Shown here: piece by piece, positions 57,094 through 63,754 of the stretch
Layout of the letters: every line of letters starts with the position of its first letter
Numbering within the stretch: the stretch's first letter is position 1
From: an uncultured Gammaproteobacteria bacterium
GTDB lineage: Bacteria > Patescibacteriota > Microgenomatia > UBA1406 > HO2-37-13b
Direction of reading: 5' to 3'
Assembly: GCA_964476245.1 (NCBI GenBank)
Contig: CAYYYW010000005.1
Coordinates: forward strand, 1-63,754
DNA: 63,754 nucleotides
The notes under the pieces: generated by a model
What the model was told of the DNA's origin: nothing
Databases searched by the model: none
Seen by the model: only the letters and a program-made list of their open reading frames with translations
Program-made: the position numbers and the translations under genes

Positions 57094-57110
57094 GGATTGA
57101 CATTGTTTAA
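57094..57110 (+). promoter_or_regulatory. 17-nt motif ggattgacattgtttaa, copy 1
   Basis: Identical to 58487-58503 and contains TTGACA. Confidence 0.3.
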
Positions 57111-57354
57111 ATGACGACGGTTAACTTTGCATAGCAATAACCTGTAATATATAATACTCATTCATAATATATTCAATTATCGCATTGAATCGCCTCGAGA
57201 ACCACTTCCCATTGAAGTTCATATATCCAGATCTTGTCGAGAAAACATAATCGGCGACGTTGATTTTAATAGAATTTTAAGTTTTGCTAATTATGATCGT
57301 GATTTTGATCCTGTTTTAATAACTAAGGTTGATGGTAGAAATGTTTTTTTTCCT

Positions 57355-58320
57355 TTGATTCAACCTTGGAGTTGCTATGATACCGTTGAAATTTCTGGTG
57401 CAGGATTTTTAGATTGGGGCGTAAGGAATAATGATAGATCACTCGTAATTGTTTCAAATCCTGGTCAGAGAAATATGACAATACAACCGCCATCTGCTCA
57501 AGCCGATAAATGTAAGATGAACACGACGATAGTTGTAGACGGAAAATCTGTTAATCAAACGTCCGAAGATCCATTAGGATCTTATACTGAAGAAAGGGCA
57601 AAGAAAAAATATAAAAATACAAAAAATATTTTTAATTTAATTGTAGATCATGATAGTCCGTTTTTAACTCCTTATCCGATTGCAACAATTAAATATCCAG
57701 GAATACCTGATGGTAAGGGTGGATGTCAAACTGCACTAGTAACTATCTGTCCAGCCAAAGGACAACGTATGAGTGACCCGATAATTAATTTTCTAAATTT
57801 CCTTGACGAAATTTCCGAAATCGAAGAAAGAAGTAAACAATTTCGTTTATTATATCCTAAATTATTTTTTGACGTATTAGTGAGATTGGGACAATCAACA
57901 AGATTTCTACATGATTATAATTTGTGCCATTATCAAATAACTCTGGGTAATGTTTCTCCACCACTAAATGGATTTCGAGATGGTCCTACAAGAATTTGTC
58001 TTTATGATTGGTCAACTCTTGAACAGACTGACACAACAGACCCTTCTTTAGCGAGAGCGACCGATATGGCTGGTCCTTTAATTAGTGTTACAGCTGTGTT
58101 AGATGGTTTTTATCGAGTCAATCATATACCTTTGGATATAATTGCATCCATGGGATATAGTTCTACTTTACACTATCTTGCTGGTTACTATTATATTGAT
58201 CCTAGACAATTAGAGAGACGACTTGCATTATCGCAAGATGAAAGAGTAGATTTATCTCTAGTAAAAAATGAAGAGATTGCTCCGTTTTTAAAAACCCGTA
58301 TCTTTCCCCTAGTTGAATAA
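57355..58320 (+). CDS. Hypothetical protein, weak protein-kinase-like motifs; 5' end unresolved
   Basis: TTG start in the track, but the frame is open back to ~57150 without ATG/GTG. Motifs: ISGAGFLDWGV, RFLHDYNLCHYQITLGNV, ICLYDWS. Confidence 0.45.
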   Translation: MIQPWSCYDTVEISGAGFLDWGVRNNDRSLVIVSNPGQRNMTIQPPSAQADKCKMNTTIVVDGKSVNQTSEDPLGSYTEERAKKKYKNTKNIFNLIVDHDSPFLTPYPIATIKYPGIPDGKGGCQTALVTICPAKGQRMSDPIINFLNFLDEISEIEERSKQFRLLYPKLFFDVLVRLGQSTRFLHDYNLCHYQITLGNVSPPLNGFRDGPTRICLYDWSTLEQTDTTDPSLARATDMAGPLISVTAVLDGFYRVNHIPLDIIASMGYSSTLHYLAGYYYIDPRQLERRLALSQDERVDLSLVKNEEIAPFLKTRIFPLVE

Positions 58321-58486
58321 GAAGTAACTTTTAAAATCCCACGAAGCCTCCTTTATTCTTGGATCTGCAATGGGTGAAAGCTGGCGGGCATAGACGGTGT
58401 TCGGACCTATTTTAAGGCTAATTATCTACAAATTCCCTTATATCCAAGTATTTGACTTACAAGATAATTTAAATCCCTGTCCATAA

Positions 58487-58503
58487 GGATTGACATTGTT
58501 TAA
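58487..58503 (+). promoter_or_regulatory. 17-nt motif ggattgacattgtttaa, copy 2
   Basis: Identical to 57094-57110; 112 nt upstream of the 58615 ATG. Confidence 0.3.
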
Positions 58504-58614
58504 TACTTAATAAAAGAATTATTACATCCTATTGAATTTGGAATAATAAGAAGGATATCAGAAATTGTATATATCCACTTGAAATATATTTGCCATATTT
58601 ATATTATAAATTAA

Positions 58615-59268
58615 ATGGTCGATTCTAATTTAACTTCTTATATCGGTAAACTGCGAGCTATGAATGTTTCTGATGAAACAATTAAGGAACAATTAGTTAA
58701 AAATAGTTGGCAAGAAACAGAAGTTCAAGAAGCATTATTACCCTCATCTCCATCAACGCAAACAATTCTTCCGCCCCCACCAGTTCCTAGATTTAGTATG
58801 TGGATTAGTTTTCAGTATGTATTGCTTTTTATAACGCTATGGATTTGGTCTATTTCTATGGGTAGTATCTGGAATTATGCAATTGATAAACATATACCAG
58901 ACAATCTTGCCAAAAGCACGTCTTATGGTTATATGAATGCATTTAATAGTACTTTATTACAGGGATATTTAGCTGCTATAGTTGTCGCGTACCCATTTTT
59001 TATTGGATTATTTATATCGTTAGATAAACAAGTTGGAATAAATCCAGGAGTTCGTAATATTAAAACCCGAAAGATATTAATGTACTTTACTATCATAGTC
59101 AATTTTTTATACATGATTGCAATGCTAATTACCACAGTCTTTGGTTTTTTGGGAGCAACAACTTCAACAAGAACAATTCCTCATTTACTTGTTAATTTAA
59201 TTATTCCAGGATCAATCTGTATGTTTATATTACAGGAGGTTCGCGAGGATCGTAAAACATCTGTATGA
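58615..59268 (+). CDS. Membrane protein (DUF5671-like) with small N-terminal helical domain
   Basis: NVSDETIKEQLVKNSWQETEVQEAL followed by 4-5 TMs. Confidence 0.45.
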   Translation: MVDSNLTSYIGKLRAMNVSDETIKEQLVKNSWQETEVQEALLPSSPSTQTILPPPPVPRFSMWISFQYVLLFITLWIWSISMGSIWNYAIDKHIPDNLAKSTSYGYMNAFNSTLLQGYLAAIVVAYPFFIGLFISLDKQVGINPGVRNIKTRKILMYFTIIVNFLYMIAMLITTVFGFLGATTSTRTIPHLLVNLIIPGSICMFILQEVREDRKTSV

Positions 59269-59678
59269 AAAAAAATAAAATCACCATGATTATTCTTTCG
59301 TTCATAGTTTTATCTACTGTCATTTATGGATTTATGGACGGGGGGTCTCCTCAAGCAGCTCGCAACAAACGGTTTGACGATACGAGAATTCAAAATGTCC
59401 AGACTATTAAAAATTGGGTGGGTTCATATTATCGTACAAATAAAGTATTGCCTCCCACTGTTATTGAAGCTTCTACAAGTTACAGTAGTGGAAATTCAAA
59501 AGTGCCATCTGATCCTGAAACAAATATTGAATATCAATATCAAATCGTTGGTAGCAAAGAGTATAAAATCTGTGCTACTTTCAGTACGAACACCATGAAT
59601 AATGCCCCTCAATACTTATTAGAATATTCGCATATATCTGGTTTTTACTGCTTTACGTTTAATGGGGATAAATATTAG
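59265..59678 (+). CDS. Membrane-anchored protein with pilin-like core motif
   Basis: TM, then ARNKRFDDTRIQNVQTIKNWVGSYY and ..PSDPE..YQY..YKICA. No G/F prepilin cleavage motif. Confidence 0.3.
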   Translation: MKKNKITMIILSFIVLSTVIYGFMDGGSPQAARNKRFDDTRIQNVQTIKNWVGSYYRTNKVLPPTVIEASTSYSSGNSKVPSDPETNIEYQYQIVGSKEYKICATFSTNTMNNAPQYLLEYSHISGFYCFTFNGDKY

Positions 59679-59797
59679 CCTCAATAACATTCTCTTATTC
59701 AACCCCGCAAGCTATGGTTATGAGTTCTTCGATCCTGCTTAGGATAAATTTAACGAGGGGCTATAGTCCTGAGCGAAGTCCCGCTGAGCGGGACGGT

Positions 59798-59867
59798 GCG
59801 GGGTTTCGCACTCTGAATGCCTGAAGCGGCTGATGCCCCGACCGTAAGGTCGGGGAGTGCTTCACTT
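59798..59867. repeat. 70-nt repeat, copy 2
   Basis: 69/70 identical to 48224-48293. Preceded by gtcctgagcgaagtcccgctgagcgggac units. Confidence 0.85.
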
Positions 59868-59944
59868 TCATTAAAGAGAATTATAGCAGATATGATATTT
59901 TCCCCTCTAAAAAGTCCTCGACGTTATATAATTGAGATACAATT

Positions 59945-60883
59945 ATGTTTATTGATGAAGCTGAAATAACGGTTCAAGGAGGTGACGGTGGATCCGGAAA
60001 GGTGGCTTTTTTTATTAATAAAAAAGGACCATGTGGCGGAAACGGAGGGAAAGGTGGAGATTTATATTTCATTGTAAACTCAAACGTTACTGATTTGAAA
60101 AAATTTAATAGAATTACTTTTTTCAAAGCTGAAAATGGGCAACAAGGCGGTTCAAATAGAAGAATTGGTGCAAACGGTAAAGATCTGTGTTTGCCAGTTC
60201 CTACAAACACGTCAATCATTGATAACAAAACCAATGAAGAAATTATTTTAACAGATGAATTCTCAAGTATTTTATTCTGTCGAGGCGGAGACGGTGGGTT
60301 TGGAAATGATGCGTTTAAAACTTCCACCAATCAAACTCCACGTTGCGCCACTCCAGGACAAAAAGGTCAAGAAAGAAATATTGCGCTTATTCTTAAATTA
60401 ATAGCTGATTTTGGTCTGATTGGTTTTCCTAACGCCGGAAAGAGCAGTTTGTTAAACGCACTAACCAATGCCAATGTAAAAACAGCCAACTATCCCTTTA
60501 CTACACTTGAGCCAAATCTTGGAGCTGTTAATGGCAAAGTCCTTGCCGATATTCCGGGTCTTATTGATGGTGCTTCAACCGGAAAAGGTTTGGGAATTAA
60601 GTTTTTAAAACATATTGAAAAAGTGTCATTGCTGTTACATTGTATTTCTAGTGAATCTGAAGACGTTGGAAAAGATTATAAAACAGTTGTTGAAGAAATC
60701 TCAAAATATAATAAGAATATTTTGTCAAAAAAAACTATCATTTTATTAACTAAAATAGATCTAATTTCTCAAGAAGTAATGAAAGAAAAAATAAAAATAT
60801 TAAAAAAACTAAACACTATAATATTCCCTATCTCCATTCATAATTGGGATTCTTTAGAACAATTGAAAAAACTTCTTAGTTAG
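59945..60883 (+). CDS. obg: GTPase Obg/CgtA
   Basis: Gly-rich Obg fold (GGDGGSG, GGNGGKGG, GGDGGFGN), G1 GFPNAGKSS, G3 DIPG, G4 TKID. Short C-terminus. Confidence 0.9.
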   Translation: MFIDEAEITVQGGDGGSGKVAFFINKKGPCGGNGGKGGDLYFIVNSNVTDLKKFNRITFFKAENGQQGGSNRRIGANGKDLCLPVPTNTSIIDNKTNEEIILTDEFSSILFCRGGDGGFGNDAFKTSTNQTPRCATPGQKGQERNIALILKLIADFGLIGFPNAGKSSLLNALTNANVKTANYPFTTLEPNLGAVNGKVLADIPGLIDGASTGKGLGIKFLKHIEKVSLLLHCISSESEDVGKDYKTVVEEISKYNKNILSKKTIILLTKIDLISQEVMKEKIKILKKLNTIIFPISIHNWDSLEQLKKLLS

Positions 60884-60919
60884 AAGGAATCTATTATAGA
60901 ATTTAAATGAATTATTGTT

Positions 60920-61570
60920 CTATTCCAGAACGTTAATTTTAACTGAAGTAACTGCTACTGGATCAACAGGCGCTGAGTTTTCTCCTGACCCCGGATTAGG
61001 TTTAACTGGGGCTTGTGCTATTTTATTAACCGTATCTATCCCCTGACTGACCTTGCCGAAAATAATATAGTTTTTAGGTAATTGATAATCCTGGTGCATG
61101 ATAAAAAACTGTGAGCCATTGGTATTGGGACCGGAGTTGGCCATGGCGACTGTTCCGCGAGTATATTCTCCTTCAAAGGGCTCATCATCAAATTGGTAAC
61201 CAGGGCCACCAGTACCATTACCTACGGGATCACCTCCCTGAATCATGAAACCATTAACAACACGATGAAACACCGTGTTGTTATAGAACCCCTTATTAGC
61301 TAAATAGACAAAGTTGTTTACCGTAATTGGGGTTTTATCTACATATAAGTCAATGACAATATCGCCCACTGTTGTTTTGAGAACGGCTTGATAAGTTTTA
61401 TTTTGGTCTATGCTTAACTTCGGCTGGGCTAAAGTTGGTTTTAAAGTAATCTTAGGGGTTAGTTTTTGAGAAGGTTCAGACTTCTTAATTTTTGACGGTT
61501 GAAAGACTAAATAAGCTAAGAGTAAAACCAGAAAAAATAAGAGTAAAATAATTTTGTTCGTCATGTTCAT
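60920..61570 (-). CDS. Cyclophilin-type peptidyl-prolyl isomerase, membrane-anchored
   Basis: FHRVVNGFMIQGGDP, GSQFFI; N-terminal TM. Confidence 0.9.
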   Translation of the reverse strand: MNMTNKIILLLFFLVLLLAYLVFQPSKIKKSEPSQKLTPKITLKPTLAQPKLSIDQNKTYQAVLKTTVGDIVIDLYVDKTPITVNNFVYLANKGFYNNTVFHRVVNGFMIQGGDPVGNGTGGPGYQFDDEPFEGEYTRGTVAMANSGPNTNGSQFFIMHQDYQLPKNYIIFGKVSQGIDTVNKIAQAPVKPNPGSGENSAPVDPVAVTSVKINVLE

Positions 61571-61624
61571 TAGTATAACAAATCAAGATTTAAACGTACA
61601 CAATCTCTGATTATAAGGATAAGC

Positions 61625-61782
61625 ATGAGAAAAAACGAAAAGAGTATTGGGCAAAACAGAAGGAAATTAACGGCAAGACTGCTAAACTGCACTTTGCCGA
61701 CGAGGAATACTATTTAACCTCAGAATACCTGCTAAAAGTGGTAAATAGCAAGCAACCTCGGGAGTTGATTGGATTGATTTAA
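61625..61782 (+). pseudogene. Frameshifted small ORF (52 aa if one A is added to an A6 run)
   Basis: ATG 61625 is followed by AGA AAA AAC. The -1 frame reads ..KKRKEYWAKQKEINGKTAKLHFADEEYYLTSEYLLKVVNSKQPRELIGLI with a stop at 61780-61782. Confidence 0.25.
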
Positions 61783-61904
61783 TACATAGAGAAATGGTGA
61801 TTTATCTCAAATAGATAACGGTAACAGTCTAAGCAACTCCCGAGGTTGACTACACCTTATAGTTTAAGGCTTTTACCAATCTCATAATATATAATTGACC
61901 TTAT

Positions 61905-62768
61905 ATGCCTTTTTATATATTTGCCTGGATAGCTTCATTTATATATGGCGTTGAGACCATCTTAATCAAAGCATTAAGCAAACACTCTGTAAAAAATCCT
62001 TGGTTATTAAATTATTTATGGGCTGCTGGCGGCGTGTTTTTTATTATTCCTTTGGCTTTCATTAAAAAAGCAGGATTTCCGGCAAGATGGGACATCATTA
62101 TTTATTCTGCTCTTGCTAATGCGATATTTTCCTTCACATACATGATTGCCCTTTCTAAAATTGACGTTTCTGTGTTTTCACCCCTTTTCAATTTTAAAAC
62201 CGTTTTTAGTGTTATTCTTGGGTTTATTTTTTTAAAAGAAATTCTTACACCAATTCAGATATTCTTCATCACTGTATTATTCCTTACTGGTTTTTTTGTT
62301 TCAATGGATGAAAAGTTTTCCATTAAGTCTTTTTTTAATAAGGCAGTTTTAATATTACTTTTTTCAGCTCTTCTTTATGCAGTATTTTCAGTTTTAATCA
62401 ATCAGGCCGTAGTTATTAATGGATACTGGACAAGCAATTTATGGGTAAGTATTGTTAATCTAATTTTTTTGTCCCTAACTTATCCGCTATTTAAGAAAGA
62501 TTTAAAAACATTAAAACTTGTGTATGCTTTACCGCTTGTAATTGTAGTATTGGCTGAAACAATAGGAAACCTCGCTTCAATAAAAGCTTTTTCGGAAAAT
62601 GTTGGTATATCTTCAGCAATAATTTCCGTACCTTTTTCGATGCTGATGGCGATTGGATTATCTTTTATTTGGCCAAATCTATTAGAAAAACACAAAATTA
62701 AAGTTTATGCAGTTAGAATCCTTTCAGCGAGCGTCATGATTTATGCAGCTCTTCAGTTATCTAGATGA
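61905..62768 (+). CDS. EamA/DMT family transporter
   Basis: 287 aa, about 10 TMs. Confidence 0.75.
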   Translation: MPFYIFAWIASFIYGVETILIKALSKHSVKNPWLLNYLWAAGGVFFIIPLAFIKKAGFPARWDIIIYSALANAIFSFTYMIALSKIDVSVFSPLFNFKTVFSVILGFIFLKEILTPIQIFFITVLFLTGFFVSMDEKFSIKSFFNKAVLILLFSALLYAVFSVLINQAVVINGYWTSNLWVSIVNLIFLSLTYPLFKKDLKTLKLVYALPLVIVVLAETIGNLASIKAFSENVGISSAIISVPFSMLMAIGLSFIWPNLLEKHKIKVYAVRILSASVMIYAALQLSR

Positions 62769-62833
62769 ATTATCCTCAAAGTTACTCGGAGCTTTTTTAT
62801 AAAATGACGATTATAATTCATTCGTTTGTATCG

Positions 62834-62903
62834 TAAAATCAAGCAATAAATAAAACAGATAATATGTTTTAATTGTTATAGAGCTATCCGTAACCCCCGC
62901 GGT
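62834..62903 (+). repeat. CCGCGG-family repeat, 70-nt long form, plus orientation
   Basis: 63/70 identical to 41993-42062. Followed by the tandem 13-mer gcggttgaattaa x2. Confidence 0.75.
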
Positions 62904-62923
62904 TGAATTAAGCGGTTGAATTA

Positions 62924-62991
62924 ACGGGTACAATTCTGTACCCGTCTGCGTCAAATTCTGCTTCTGGCTCTTGCGAAGCCAGGCGCAGAAT
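62924..62991. other. Two GC-rich stem-loops
   Basis: cgggtaca-attc-tgtacccg (62924-62943). aattctgc-tt-ctggct-cttgcga-agccag-gc-gcagaatt (62953-62991). Confidence 0.5.
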
Positions 62992-63119
62992 TGTGCCTGG
63001 CTCCCCCTAAAGGACTTATTCCACAACAAAGAAATTGAGTTTAATATTGACTTATCACAATTACAAAACACCTTAGAAGCACTGAAAATCTCAAAATTTA
63101 AACCTGTTATAATTACAGC

Positions 63120-63754
63120 ATGAACTCATCCAAACAACTTCCTAGTTTAAGAACCCTAAAAAAGCAGTACATCCAGAAACCATATGACACTATCGTTAAT
63201 GTTTATTTCAAAAAACACTTTGATGAAAAAGATTTTGATAAATATATTAATAAGTTTGCATCTCTGCTTCCAGAAAAAGCTAAGGTTTTAGATATTGGTT
63301 GTGGTCCTGGAGGTGAAACAAAAAAACTAGTAGATAAAGATTTTGACGTTGTTGGAATAGATATATCAGAAAAAATGCTGGAAAAAGCCCGCCAATCAGT
63401 CCCAAATGGTAATTTCAAATATATGGATATTATGGCACTTGATTTCCCTAATAAATATTTTGATGGCATCTGGTCAGCTAGGACTTTAATCCATATTCCT
63501 ACAGAACATCTTAAGAAAACCATTGCTGGTTTTAAAAAAGTATTAAAGCCAAATGGGATAATATGCTTAATTGTGCTTGGCGGCAAAGGTGAAGGAATTA
63601 AGCGAGAGTATTATGACCCAACGGGAAAAACTAGCTGCTTTTTTAAGTATTTTCAAAAAGGTGAGATAGACAAAATATTAGAAAAGATAGGCTTCACCGT
63701 TTTACAATCCGATAGTTTTACTATGGGTAAAGACAAAGAACCTTACTTCACAAC
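63120..63754 (+). CDS. Class I SAM-dependent methyltransferase (3' end beyond the window)
   Basis: ATG 63120; motif I VLDIGCGPGGE; open to the window end, so absent from the ORF track. ORF 63203-63586(-) is its antisense shadow. Confidence 0.75.
   Translation, partial: MNSSKQLPSLRTLKKQYIQKPYDTIVNVYFKKHFDEKDFDKYINKFASLLPEKAKVLDIGCGPGGETKKLVDKDFDVVGIDISEKMLEKARQSVPNGNFKYMDIMALDFPNKYFDGIWSARTLIHIPTEHLKKTIAGFKKVLKPNGIICLIVLGGKGEGIKREYYDPTGKTSCFFKYFQKGEIDKILEKIGFTVLQSDSFTMGKDKEPYFT

Noticed and set aside
62898-62923. CRISPR-like array (gcggttgaattaa repeated).
   Set aside because: There are only two directly adjacent 13-nt copies with no spacers, and no cas genes in the window.

Overview
AT-rich, gene-dense 63.8-kb bacterial chromosome segment. 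It reads with the standard code, since TGA acts as a stop (e.g. 8257-8259, 20622-20624). By inference it comes from a reduced-genome Patescibacteria/CPR-type organism. The supporting content is a split MacAB-type pump, RtcB, an archaeal-type UMP kinase, many small membrane-anchored hypotheticals, T4SS-pilin-like and DUF5671-like proteins, two giant surface proteins, UPF0213-type GIY-YIG genes, many nucleotide-sanitising hydrolases and no biosynthetic pathways. I call about 70 protein genes, one intact tRNA-Ser(CGA), two tRNA fragments, a few promoters and terminators, and two dispersed repeat families. I saw no rRNA, CRISPR array, transposase, integrase or phage structural gene. Positions 1-24 kb are mostly housekeeping: efflux pump, mutM, uppP, rtcB, groES/groEL, rfbB, an Hsp100 unfoldase, recF. 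Positions 24-63 kb hold envelope and accessory genes: glycosyltransferases, an L,D-transpeptidase, SDR/methyltransferase/cupin genes, Nudix/MazG/HD/5'-nucleotidase enzymes, tryptophanase, surface proteins, obg and cyclophilin. The most unusual observations are these. (1) The ClpC-like Hsp100 carries a ~270-aa four-repeat insertion where ClpA/C-type proteins have the ClpP-docking loop, plus a repeat-bearing N-terminal extension and a C-terminal zinc ribbon. (2) Both GIY-YIG genes sit in structured DNA: one in the loop of a palindromic element that has an empty copy nearby, the other between truncated tRNA-Ser 5' halves and the intact tRNA-Ser. (3) A CCGCGG-containing repeat family occurs in six copies of strictly alternating orientation that delimit gene blocks. 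(4) Two ORFs are restored by adding one A in an A-run. (5) A poly-Cys small ORF is missing from the ORF track. All domain calls come from motif reading only; no searches were run.
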